Shown piece by piece: positions 37,039-45,879 of a DNA stretch of 64,000 nt. Below the pieces are notes generated by a model. That model did not search any database and was not told the DNA's origin. It was given only the letters and a program-made list of their open reading frames with translations. Numbering within the stretch: the stretch's first letter is position 1; each line of letters starts with the position of its first letter. The stretch comes from an uncultured virus (IMG/VR IMGVR_UViG_3300015371_000018). Taxonomy: Duplodnaviria; Heunggongvirae; Uroviricota; Caudoviricetes. Location: IMG/VR virus record IMGVR_UViG_3300015371_000018; one strand, given 5' to 3'. Both the position numbers and the translations under genes were made by a program.

Positions 37039-38544
37039 TCAATTACTGAAATCAAGTATCTCTACTTCTAACCCTAGTGGCTCATAACATTTCCACCTCC
37101 GCGATTTGAACTGTTTTGCTAAAACTCGAACAAGAGTATCCGCATAATCGATGATAGTTGCACCAGGCTTACCCTCATGAATACGCACAGCACGCCCTAA
37201 TTTCTGCTCTGTCGCCTTGGCATTCTTGGTTGGGAAGGCCAGATGAGCACAATCAATCTCAGGAATATTTAATGCCTCGCCAGCTACCGTAGAAAACAAC
37301 ACGCCTTGTGGCGCTTCCACAAACATTTTGCGAATCTCTGCTCTACGTCCGCGCGCATCATTGCCAGTGAGCTTGAAGCAATCTTCCATCGCAAGCCCCT
37401 GGTCAACCGTCGCAGAAATCATTTCATCTAAATGCTTGGTTTCTGAACTGACCACAAGTTGATGCTTGCCATGCCATTCCATGATCGTGCTGGCAATCAG
37501 CCTATTACGCTCAAGATCTTGGACGATATCTGCCCGAAGCTTCCCGTAATTATTCTTGTGTGAGTGAGGCGTGCCGATCTTTGGGCAGTTGGGGATATCA
37601 CATTCCTCATTTGCCTTAACAGTGTGATCGCCCCAATAATTAAAGCGGTATGGAGTATGGATCACTTTCACCTTAGGGGTGAGAATAAATCCGGCCTCTC
37701 TAATTTCGTCGTATGTATCTTCATGGAAGACCGGCCCAAGGACGTTTAGGGCTATGGCGAAATCCCCTGTTTGGTCAGGAGTGGCGCTCATGCCGATTCT
37801 GATCCTCGCCGGGAACAGACTCACTAGCTCTCGATACATCTGTGCTGTTGCGTGATGGCTCTCGTCCAAGAACATCGCGCTGAATTGATTGAACCAGCCT
37901 TCCTTCTTTAAGTGCTCGCGCCGCTTGTGCAGCGTTTGCACGGTAGCTATAGTCACCTGGCCTTCGGACCACTGCCCGGAACCAATTGCCCCAATGTTTA
38001 GTTTGTCTCCACATAATTTTTTAAAGTCCGCAATCCACTGATCTACGAGATTAATACGGTCAACCATAACAATCGCACGCTTAGGATGATGAAGCCAAAG
38101 GAATCCAGCAACAGCACCGCTCTTGCCGCTTCCAGTAGGTGATTTGTAAATTCCCTGGCGGTGCTTCCAAAACGCTTCAGCAGCATCCAACTGGTGATTA
38201 CGGAATTCAAACTCTTCTGCGCCAAAGTGCGGACCCTCTTCCCATACTGTGCGATCTATCCAGCGCACCCGTGTATCCCAATCCTCGCGCAGCCATTGCT
38301 TTAGCTTTAGCGCAAAGCCCCGAGGAATAACTAAATGATCATCCTCAATACTGTAGAGAGAAATGGTCTTAGGGATATTCTGCCAATCCCAGCGGTTCGC
38401 CGCTCGTGCTTTGTAGTGCTTCTCGTTGTCAAGCGTCATCACTTCCATGCACAATTCATGAAATGGCACAGAAAAGTCTTCGCCCAAGCGAAGATGACTG
38501 TCCACGACCACACGCGCACGCTTCACGCCGCTATCATAGCTCAT
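37039..38544 (-). CDS. superfamily 2 helicase (DExH, UvsW/ResIII-like); start may be leaderless GTG 38526
   Basis: SPTGSGKS, DESHH, SAT, Q..GR..R motifs. Confidence 0.92.
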   Translation of the reverse strand: MSYDSGVKRARVVVDSHLRLGEDFSVPFHELCMEVMTLDNEKHYKARAANRWDWQNIPKTISLYSIEDDHLVIPRGFALKLKQWLREDWDTRVRWIDRTVWEEGPHFGAEEFEFRNHQLDAAEAFWKHRQGIYKSPTGSGKSGAVAGFLWLHHPKRAIVMVDRINLVDQWIADFKKLCGDKLNIGAIGSGQWSEGQVTIATVQTLHKRREHLKKEGWFNQFSAMFLDESHHATAQMYRELVSLFPARIRIGMSATPDQTGDFAIALNVLGPVFHEDTYDEIREAGFILTPKVKVIHTPYRFNYWGDHTVKANEECDIPNCPKIGTPHSHKNNYGKLRADIVQDLERNRLIASTIMEWHGKHQLVVSSETKHLDEMISATVDQGLAMEDCFKLTGNDARGRRAEIRKMFVEAPQGVLFSTVAGEALNIPEIDCAHLAFPTKNAKATEQKLGRAVRIHEGKPGATIIDYADTLVRVLAKQFKSRRWKCYEPLGLEVEILDFSN

Positions 38545-38561
38545 AGGCAGTGACTAGTCCA
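38533..38561 (-). promoter_or_regulatory. sigma70-like promoter (TGGACT-17-TATGAT)
   Basis: in-frame GTG 38526 lies 7 nt after the -10 element. Confidence 0.55.
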
Positions 38562-38708
38562 CCAAGACAAAGGACGGCCCTTTTTGGGACCGCCCCTTGT
38601 CACCCTCCGAACAGCGTCATGGTCATTAGCTGCCGGATATGTGAACGCGCTCAGATCCCCTTTGACTCGCTACCGCCCCGGTAGTTTGATCGCTTGAACC
38701 TTGAGCGC
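38560..38708 (-). ncRNA. candidate stand-alone small RNA (about 150 nt)
   Basis: TGCTACACT at 38723-38715; +7 coincides with stem GCGCTCA/TGAGCGC; inner CTACCG/CGGTAG; second hairpin TCCGGCAGC/GCTGTTCGGA; ends in the terminator hairpin. Confidence 0.55.
38566..38601 (-). terminator. 15-bp hairpin, terminator-like
   Basis: GACAAGGGGCGGTCC/GGGCCGTCCTTTGTC with G-U pairs on the minus strand. Confidence 0.65.
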
Positions 38709-38712
38709 AGCG

Positions 38713-38934
38713 TCAGTGTAGCAGCCAGCCGCCGTCTTCGCCAGCTTCTATCCAACCGGCTCTGCATAGCTCTTCTACGGCCTCGTGATCGTCCATGCCC
38801 GCGCATTTTCTGGCAGTGGCTAACGCCAAGGTATTCGTTAAGTTAATTAAGCCACCATCAGAATAATTTACCATGGACATAAATAGATGCCTGGCCTCTC
38901 GGCTTGGCGTAATTTTTGTGGGAATAAGTGTCAT
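38713..38934 (-). CDS. small winged-helix-like protein
   Basis: AGGAG RBS before ATG 38934; AVEELCRAGWIE...GW wing pattern. Confidence 0.6.
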   Translation of the reverse strand: MTLIPTKITPSREARHLFMSMVNYSDGGLINLTNTLALATARKCAGMDDHEAVEELCRAGWIEAGEDGGWLLH

Positions 38935-38947
38935 CTCTCTCCTTTTG

Positions 38948-39052
38948 CGCTCAACCCCGGAGGCGCATCGACCCACGGCGCGGCGAAGAAACCATGGGGA
39001 GCAACCTCCGGGGGAGCGGCACCTGTCCCGATGCGCGGACCACCGGAACAAG
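38948..39052 (-). other. two intergenic RNA hairpins (12-bp stem plus about 70-nt interrupted stem)
   Basis: CTTGTTCCGGTG/CATCGGGACAGG; CGCTC-CCCCGGAGG...CCTCCGGGG-GAGCG. Confidence 0.55.
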
Positions 39053-39054
39053 AC

Positions 39055-39759
39055 TTAACATTGTAGACCTGGCTGAACTAAATCAATATCAACGCACACC
39101 TTTGGAGTTTCTACTTTTGGGAGTAAATTCTGGTCGGGGACTTGTGGGACTAGCCGTGGCACTTGGATTGGAGGAACATGAATCGGAGGAACATCTACCG
39201 GTGGTAAATTAATTGGAGGAACGTCTACCGGTGGAACGTCTACGCTAGGAGGATTATTAGGATTACTAGGGTTCCTGCTGTTAGGAGGAACAGTAGGGTT
39301 ACTAGGATTGCTAGGCGTTTGTTGATTTGGTTGTCCCGGCGTTCCCGGCGTGAGGTTTCCTCCCCCTCCATCACCGCCTCGCGGATTAATTTGCCCGCCT
39401 GATCCTCCGGTTCCACCACCGGTTCCTCCTGTCCCTCCGGTGCCTCCATCCTGATTAGCTAATTGCTGACGACGATCCTCTACCAGTCGCTTAGCTAGTT
39501 CTTTATTTATATCCTGCTGATACTGGCGCTCTATCTGGTGGCGCTCCTTGACTGGCAGAGCAGCCAATAACTTAAACGCGCATTGCCGGGTGGTTAGCCC
39601 GAGACATGGCGATGATTGCTCTACCTTGATCACTTTGGTTCTGATTTGCACCACATTTACAACTGCAAATACGAAAATCGCAAGTCCTATTATTGCGCCA
39701 ATTAGGGCCAGTGGGCGATCCTTAACGGTTACCCAAAAATGTGAGGCCCGATCCATCAT
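39055..39759 (-). CDS. single-pass membrane protein with Gly-rich and Pro-rich (PP.DV) repeats
   Basis: N-terminal TM, Cys pair, GGT repeats, PPVDVPP repeats. Confidence 0.75.
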   Translation of the reverse strand: MMDRASHFWVTVKDRPLALIGAIIGLAIFVFAVVNVVQIRTKVIKVEQSSPCLGLTTRQCAFKLLAALPVKERHQIERQYQQDINKELAKRLVEDRRQQLANQDGGTGGTGGTGGGTGGSGGQINPRGGDGGGGNLTPGTPGQPNQQTPSNPSNPTVPPNSRNPSNPNNPPSVDVPPVDVPPINLPPVDVPPIHVPPIQVPRLVPQVPDQNLLPKVETPKVCVDIDLVQPGLQC

Positions 39760-39762
39760 TAT

Positions 39763-40125
39763 TTAATCTAAAATCCCAGGCAGAACAGAAGGGAATGCTT
39801 CATGACACCCTTCGTCTACCACATTTAGATCTTCACCTCTCCTTCCGTCTTTCTCTTCGGTCCAGTCACTTGGCATTGGAATTGTTAACCTAATTTGCCT
39901 AGCTGTAGCCGTATAAGTTGCTGCTGTGCCTAGTTCACCTTCCCTAGTACGAGCCCGCGCAGCCTCTTCCCAGGCGCGAGCTTCTGTTGCTTTGAAATCA
40001 CCATTGCGTTTACAACCGTTGATTAGATTGTCACGGTTCGTTTCTGAACCTATGATCAGAGCAATCACCACAGACAGAATTACTGCGGAGGCCCACCAGA
40101 TGAAGCGTTGAGTAGAAATAGTCAT
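39763..40125 (-). CDS. single-pass membrane protein
   Basis: N-terminal TM, two Cys, helical. Confidence 0.7.
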   Translation of the reverse strand: MTISTQRFIWWASAVILSVVIALIIGSETNRDNLINGCKRNGDFKATEARAWEEAARARTREGELGTAATYTATARQIRLTIPMPSDWTEEKDGRRGEDLNVVDEGCHEAFPSVLPGILD

Positions 40126-40526
40126 TAAATACCTATGAGCGGCAGAATCGGGTACTCATCATTACAATTGATATCACCAGAATCATGAAGCAATTTAAGT
40201 TGCGTCTGGTAATTCTTTAATGCAGCCTCAGCAGTCGGACGCAAAGGATCATTTGGCCCTAGCTTCTTATTGGCTTCCTTCCTGAACTCGACTTGCTGCT
40301 CAAGGAATTGGGCATAAAGACCGACGAACGCTTTGCTCTGCTCACACCGGTCGCGCTCTTTGGTCTGAATAAATCCTGTAACCGAAACAAAGGCAATCAA
40401 TATCGTCAGGATGAATCTGACAAAGCGCGTTAGACCGTGCCGAGATAACCACGCCTCTTGCAGCGCGTATTCAACATCATCTATTACATCGTCTTCTCGG
40501 TGTCTACGCTTTAACGGCCAAATCAT
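40125..40526 (-). CDS. single-pass membrane protein
   Basis: TM, two Cys, coiled-coil. Confidence 0.7.
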   Translation of the reverse strand: MIWPLKRRHREDDVIDDVEYALQEAWLSRHGLTRFVRFILTILIAFVSVTGFIQTKERDRCEQSKAFVGLYAQFLEQQVEFRKEANKKLGPNDPLRPTAEAALKNYQTQLKLLHDSGDINCNDEYPILPLIGI

Positions 40527-40931
40527 TTATTCTCCTGACTTTATTAGCTCCTTCAACTTTTGCCGCTGTGAATGGGTCGGAGTTTCAAGAAGCTTGTCAA
40601 ACAATTCATTACAACGCTTCTCATTTTCTATATCAGTCATCGGCCTGGGGCCAGCACAAAATTGTTCACGAATCTCATGCAGGGTTGCTGTGTTCTCGAT
40701 ACTTCTGGTAAACAAAATAGTGAATGCAATGACTACTGCGATCACTCCAACAGTAGTCAGAATAAATTGAATTGGGCGCCTATTAAGAATATTGCCCAGT
40801 TTGTCCCACCACTCTGCTCCTTTGTCTATCCAACTACTTTTCATGGCAGAATCACCAACAGGTAGATCAGGAGTCCCAGCATCCACCCGGCCCACGTGAA
40901 AGGATGATCTTTTAGCCAATTTATTAGCCAT
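40527..40931 (-). CDS. single-pass membrane protein
   Basis: TM, two Cys; start may be internal. Confidence 0.65.
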   Translation of the reverse strand: MANKLAKRSSFHVGRVDAGTPDLPVGDSAMKSSWIDKGAEWWDKLGNILNRRPIQFILTTVGVIAVVIAFTILFTRSIENTATLHEIREQFCAGPRPMTDIENEKRCNELFDKLLETPTHSQRQKLKELIKSGE

Positions 40932-40943
40932 GGATATGTTCGC

Positions 40944-41219
40944 CTAAGCTCCATCTTCCACTTCCTCGTCCCGCCTCTCAAGCGGCCGAACAGAAGCAGC
41001 CTTCGCCTCTAGATATTTTTCAAACAGAACATCTATTCGCCAACCCAATGCGCCTAATCCGAACACGAGCAGCGCGCCTAATACGTATTTATCGATCTTG
41101 CCTTGAGTCACCTGCTGATAGCTAGCGATGGTGATAAAGAAGAATGGGATAATAAATCCAACAACAGCATCACTTCGCCGCGCGCTCTTGCTTCTTCTTC
41201 TCGAAGGCTGATCGGGCAT
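40944..41219 (-). CDS. 2-TM holin-like membrane protein
   Basis: two hydrophobic segments with charged termini. Confidence 0.6.
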   Translation of the reverse strand: MPDQPSRRRSKSARRSDAVVGFIIPFFFITIASYQQVTQGKIDKYVLGALLVFGLGALGWRIDVLFEKYLEAKAASVRPLERRDEEVEDGA

Positions 41220-41926
41220 TAGGTTTTAATTATTGTAGTCTCAGGAGCCCCTGCATTTGATGCCTTGAAAATGGTTCCATCCAAGTAATAGAAGCAACCA
41301 TTTGCGGCACCTCCTGATCCTAAGAACTGCTTGTTATTCGTTCCTTGCTCTTGATCAATAACCGCCACCCCTGTAGTCGCATTTATAAACATACGAAGCT
41401 GAGCAAAGTTAGCGCCAGTATCTTGGTGACCACGCCAGATAAAGAAGTTTTTCTCTGGCAGATATCCGGCTGGTAAAGTATAAATTGTCGATGGCAGCGT
41501 ATAAACAGAATTTGTGCGCTCGACAATCCCACGCAATAAAACTAAACCGTCAGCTAGCTTCAGGCATTGAGGCTGATAAATAGGATCATTACTTAACCTG
41601 CGCCAGTTAGTGCCTAGCGTTAGATCTTTCCACCCGCCAGGCAAAGCAAATGTAGTAGATCCATCACCCGCGCCATGGCTTGTCCCAATCTCAGCAAATA
41701 AGCTATTAAAGGTGGTGCGTGAGAGGGTGTCGCCATTTCTCTCTAACCATCCATCAGGCGGACGATTAGCTGTGTTTTCATTTATGTTTCCGCTTTGATC
41801 GATTAAACGCGGCCAACGCATCTCTGCGCCAACAGGTATGGCAGCACCACGTTTAAGCTCATCGATTTCCTTCTGCATTTCACGCAGCATGCGTTCGAGC
41901 GTGTCTGTGAGAATTACTGTACTCAT
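41219..41926 (-). CDS. tail fibre protein with tail collar domain
   Basis: IPVG...PPDGWLERNG..LSRTTF..LFA.IGT.HGAGDGSTTFALP collar motif; TLPAGYLP. Confidence 0.85.
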   Translation of the reverse strand: MSTVILTDTLERMLREMQKEIDELKRGAAIPVGAEMRWPRLIDQSGNINENTANRPPDGWLERNGDTLSRTTFNSLFAEIGTSHGAGDGSTTFALPGGWKDLTLGTNWRRLSNDPIYQPQCLKLADGLVLLRGIVERTNSVYTLPSTIYTLPAGYLPEKNFFIWRGHQDTGANFAQLRMFINATTGVAVIDQEQGTNNKQFLGSGGAANGCFYYLDGTIFKASNAGAPETTIIKT

Positions 41927-44331
41927 GGCGACACCTGTAGTGAACTCACACGCTCAGTCCCGTCATCACTGATATCGATATTGATGCCGAAGATCCTCAC
42001 CGGCAGTCCTTCTATTTTGATGCGCTCGCCATGCTTGGCAAAGAGACTGATCTGATCGCCGACTGTGTAATCAACAAATGGTTCAGGAACAGAACTATCC
42101 TGTGTCCACGCGAATGGTATGAATGAATAAATTTTACGTGGCGTATCTCGAAGCGCCACTTCTCCCGCCGCGAAAGTGACTAACACATTATTGTCAACGA
42201 CTTCAGAAAGCTGAGCAGTCTCTTCCATCACGATGTTGTACGCATCTTCTGATGCCGCGCTTTCTTGGAGCCCCGTTCCATACTTGCCCTTAGCAGTAAA
42301 TCTATTCCTGACCACAGAGAAGTCATTCTCGCGGTCAAACTTTTGAATATTACGTGGCCCCCAGTTGTAACCAAATACCACTCCGGGCTTCTTACGCGAA
42401 TCTACTGTTTGCAAAGAACCTGGCTTAGTGTTCATCTGCCGCGTTATGGGATCGATAGTAAAATCAATACCATTTTCGATATCCACAGCGTTATTAATCA
42501 AGTTCTGAATAACATCATCTTTAGAATATTTAGTCCAACGAGTAGCGGAGTTATCACCTTGGGTTCCGCGTGATACGTAGCTCGGTTGCAGCGGCTCAGG
42601 TTCGCCAATCCTAATAAAGTTAATATTGAAGAATTGACGATTGTTATTGGTCGGCGGGTTGTAAAGGCTACCCCAAGCCCTAGTGAAAAGCTGGCCACCA
42701 GCCGACACGCCATCGAGCATATCCCACGGCGCAGCAAAGGTAGCGATGGTCGTCCAGTCAATATTGTCCTTAGACCATTGGCCTATTAAATTAGTTCCCT
42801 GCCTAAGGATACGAACATAAGCCGGGAAAACACCTGTTATTACTCCTGTGGTGCCTTGGACATTTCCAGCGGGTGCTGCTGCTCCGCTAGGTGTCGAGCC
42901 AGGAGTATAATTAGCCCAAAAAGTTATTTGAGTTGCGTCATTAGGTATAGCGGGCGGGATAGCTTTTACGTATTGAACAGTTACATAAAAGTTTCTCTGT
43001 GCATAAACATTGGCACCAGAAGGCGGCGCAGAATCATTCTTGATTCCTAATGCACTAATGATGTTGCCCTCTAAGCCAACCGTAAAGCTAGGCAATGTGA
43101 AAAAGGCATGAAGAGCCATTCCATCTGGAATGCCAAATAAGCTATTCGGGGTTCCGCCAGCAGTATTGCCGGGAGCATTAGTGATATCTGTAACTCCCTG
43201 AGCAACAGAACCAGCTTCTTGTTGAAGAGCTACAGAAAAAACTGGATTAGAGCCTGGTCTGCTGTTTGTCGCTGACCAATGCCGCCGCTGCTTTAAATTA
43301 ACCTCATCCAGAATCCTCAATACTATTTCGCCAGGAATGACTTTAGAAGCCTCTGAGCCGATCACTAAGTCACGACGCAATTGGCGGTTATTAAGTGTGT
43401 CGTACCAACCAACTGCACTGACCGACATTTGATTCTCAGGCAGACCTTCTTTCATATTCCAGATGATGCCTGACCAAATCGGTACACCCTTGCGATAACA
43501 AATTATCGCGTGCTTACCTTCTTCTATGCCTATCCAGTCTTCATGATCAACCGGCACAGAAAAACTACACGAGCCAGCTTTATTGCCGATCACGCTAAGC
43601 TGTTTGCCTTTTGCGTAATGAGTTACATCAGCTATTGGCGTTAACGTCTTGCTATCGGCGAGAATATATTTCCAAATATGATCAGGAGTGCTGATCGGAA
43701 TCGTGTCTAGCGTTTCAGCTAAAGGGTCAAGCCCTCGGAAAACGACTAATGAGATTCCAGAATCCTGCTGCTCAGAGTCAAACAAACGAACACCGAATTG
43801 CCCGTTTACTCCTGCGCCCAGCTCAGCTTGATCACCAGCAACAATGTCATAGCTGAATTCGTAGGTCGGCAGCACCGAAGACAAGAACGGATCACTGATG
43901 AAAAGCTGAGCCGTTATTTTATTGCCTTCAACTCGCCCTCTGATCCAATATGTCTCTTCTGGATCGGTGCTTATTTTGTTGCCTGTGTACTCAGCTACCT
44001 GTGAAGCAGAGTTAGCATCATTTACTTTATATAGGATGAGCTTACCATCGCCTTGGAAAGCCAGCATCCACATCGATGCCTGTCCTGCGCTCAGACTCGC
44101 GCGCCGGAATAGCAGTGCCCTATACGTATTGGGATCACGGCTTAGCTTGAATTTAAGCGTGCCGTCGCCATCATCATCGACAAGTCCATTCAGAAACCAG
44201 CTAGCGCCGCCAGTGCCAACGATCTGAAGCTGATTATTGTGAGTCTGTACTACTGTGCCTGGATCTACTGTGGTCCAGCGAGTACGGAAAGACTCGTCAA
44301 AGAAATTTTCGCCAGTTCTAAAGTCAGCCAT
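41923..44331 (-). CDS. minor tail protein (Tal/hub-like) with lectin-like insertions
   Basis: position after Dit; IWSGII...SAVG, FTIDP and YTVGD.I motifs typical of actinophage minor tail proteins. Confidence 0.75.
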   Translation of the reverse strand: MADFRTGENFFDESFRTRWTTVDPGTVVQTHNNQLQIVGTGGASWFLNGLVDDDGDGTLKFKLSRDPNTYRALLFRRASLSAGQASMWMLAFQGDGKLILYKVNDANSASQVAEYTGNKISTDPEETYWIRGRVEGNKITAQLFISDPFLSSVLPTYEFSYDIVAGDQAELGAGVNGQFGVRLFDSEQQDSGISLVVFRGLDPLAETLDTIPISTPDHIWKYILADSKTLTPIADVTHYAKGKQLSVIGNKAGSCSFSVPVDHEDWIGIEEGKHAIICYRKGVPIWSGIIWNMKEGLPENQMSVSAVGWYDTLNNRQLRRDLVIGSEASKVIPGEIVLRILDEVNLKQRRHWSATNSRPGSNPVFSVALQQEAGSVAQGVTDITNAPGNTAGGTPNSLFGIPDGMALHAFFTLPSFTVGLEGNIISALGIKNDSAPPSGANVYAQRNFYVTVQYVKAIPPAIPNDATQITFWANYTPGSTPSGAAAPAGNVQGTTGVITGVFPAYVRILRQGTNLIGQWSKDNIDWTTIATFAAPWDMLDGVSAGGQLFTRAWGSLYNPPTNNNRQFFNINFIRIGEPEPLQPSYVSRGTQGDNSATRWTKYSKDDVIQNLINNAVDIENGIDFTIDPITRQMNTKPGSLQTVDSRKKPGVVFGYNWGPRNIQKFDRENDFSVVRNRFTAKGKYGTGLQESAASEDAYNIVMEETAQLSEVVDNNVLVTFAAGEVALRDTPRKIYSFIPFAWTQDSSVPEPFVDYTVGDQISLFAKHGERIKIEGLPVRIFGINIDISDDGTERVSSLQVSP

Positions 44332-45879
44332 TTATAAAAAGGTATGGCGGTACGCCATATCTATCCGCGTTACAGTTCCAGTTACAAAGTTCACTGAGAT
44401 TGCATTATTGCCTGGTTGCAGCTTGATCATGTCGCTGTCAATCGAGATACGATCAAACCGGTTGCCAACCAAAGAATCGCCCGCTACAAGGAATTCTTGG
44501 ATCTTGCGTCCACCTGTGTCGCGCGTATCGATCTTCAGATATGCATTCGACGGTACAGCGGTCGTACTCCCCGCAGGAGATTTAATCGTGATCGATTGAC
44601 CAGTAGCGTTATTTGTGATGGTCGCCGCTGTACCACCGGCTACAGTCGAGTTAACCGGCCCATATATTTTAATAGTAGGCTCAGCTAGCCAGTCACCTTT
44701 GTTAGGAACCGTGAATATCGTTCCAGCAAAAGCACCGTTCTCAGCCACACGCCAAGTAAGTATTTTAACTAAAGCAGTTGAGTCGCTGCCGATCCAAGCA
44801 GCAGAAGGTCCGCCCTTGCCGGATACTCCCGTACCTAACGCTGTAGCTGCTGTGCCCGTAAGCGTTTTTGTCGCTGTATGAATCATGGTGCTGCCGCCTA
44901 CATCTGGATCGCCAGTCCAGAGTTGAACAGTTAATACGTTGCCTATCATCGTGCTTCTCATCCATCGTAATGAGTTATTTGACCAGCCAGTTATTTGAGC
45001 AGCAGTCTGAGAATCAAATGAAAGAGCTTGGTTGGTGCCTCCGACAGTTACTTGCAGAACAAGCGTAGACACACCGGCTGAGTCTCGCTGTACGTTGGCA
45101 TAAACATGATTATTTGCATCAACGTACTTGGCCATGTGGCCCCACTGATAACTCTGACCAGCACCAGGAGTAGGCGTCTGGACACCAGTTGAAACCTTAG
45201 GATCTAAAAAGTTCTGGCCGTTATAAACAATTCGACGGTTAACACCTGCTGAACCGGTAGCAGTTAAATCGCCACCAACCACCGAGACATTAGCTTGGCC
45301 AGATACAAAGGTGTATTTAGTTAGATCGGCAAAGTTGGCATCAGCAAAGCCAATATTGAAACTCCGGTTCTCTTCTATGTAGCTCACGAAACGTGGATCG
45401 GACGCACGCAGGAAAATCTGGAATGGCCGCTTGATGTAGAAACCGTCTTGCTGATCATCCATCGCCATCGGTTGACCCTTACGGCAATTGATCATCACAT
45501 CGCGCGCTGGATCACCAGTACGAAAGACTAGCGGACCTTCAGTTAAATCATTGAACATGGCCTTGAGGCCACGCTTCATTGTTTCGAGCTTTGAGAATTT
45601 AGCTGCTTCGATTTGTCCATTGAGAGTAAGTGTGCGTCCGCCATAAAATGAATCAAATGGAGTCTCGCCATGAGCACCAGGATTAGATTCATTCACTAGC
45701 CTCAGATCAGGATCGCCTAAACCACTGATGCTTTTAATGAACACACGATCTACAACACCAGCTTGATTGATTATGTCGCCCTTGTACTCAAGCTTCGCCT
45801 GAATGCCAAGCTCGGGCATACTCAAATCGCCATCTAGTAATAGCTTGGGATCGCCAGATAGATACTGCGCAATATCCAT
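44332..45879 (-). CDS. distal tail protein (Dit) with inserted beta-sandwich domain
   Basis: start ATG 45879 overlaps the TMP stop (TGATG); GRTLTL.G, LRASDPRF, N.GD...P.I.I.GP, L.PG.N.I motifs. Confidence 0.8.
   Translation of the reverse strand: MDIAQYLSGDPKLLLDGDLSMPELGIQAKLEYKGDIINQAGVVDRVFIKSISGLGDPDLRLVNESNPGAHGETPFDSFYGGRTLTLNGQIEAAKFSKLETMKRGLKAMFNDLTEGPLVFRTGDPARDVMINCRKGQPMAMDDQQDGFYIKRPFQIFLRASDPRFVSYIEENRSFNIGFADANFADLTKYTFVSGQANVSVVGGDLTATGSAGVNRRIVYNGQNFLDPKVSTGVQTPTPGAGQSYQWGHMAKYVDANNHVYANVQRDSAGVSTLVLQVTVGGTNQALSFDSQTAAQITGWSNNSLRWMRSTMIGNVLTVQLWTGDPDVGGSTMIHTATKTLTGTAATALGTGVSGKGGPSAAWIGSDSTALVKILTWRVAENGAFAGTIFTVPNKGDWLAEPTIKIYGPVNSTVAGGTAATITNNATGQSITIKSPAGSTTAVPSNAYLKIDTRDTGGRKIQEFLVAGDSLVGNRFDRISIDSDMIKLQPGNNAISVNFVTGTVTRIDMAYRHTFL

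Noticed and set aside
38935..39051. N-terminal extension of the 38713-39051 ORF
   Set aside because: It spans hairpins; the RBS supports ATG 38934.
35285..39052. tRNA, tmRNA, RNase P, hammerhead or retron identity for the structured spacers
   Set aside because: No T-loop GTTCRA cloverleaf, RNase P GAGGAAAGTCC or hammerhead CTGATGA/GAAA core was found, and no reverse transcriptase is in the window.
39160..39450. Short DNA repeats (GGAGGAAC.TCTACCGGTGG) as a nucleic-acid repeat array
   Set aside because: They are explained by PPVDV and GGT peptide repeats within the membrane protein.
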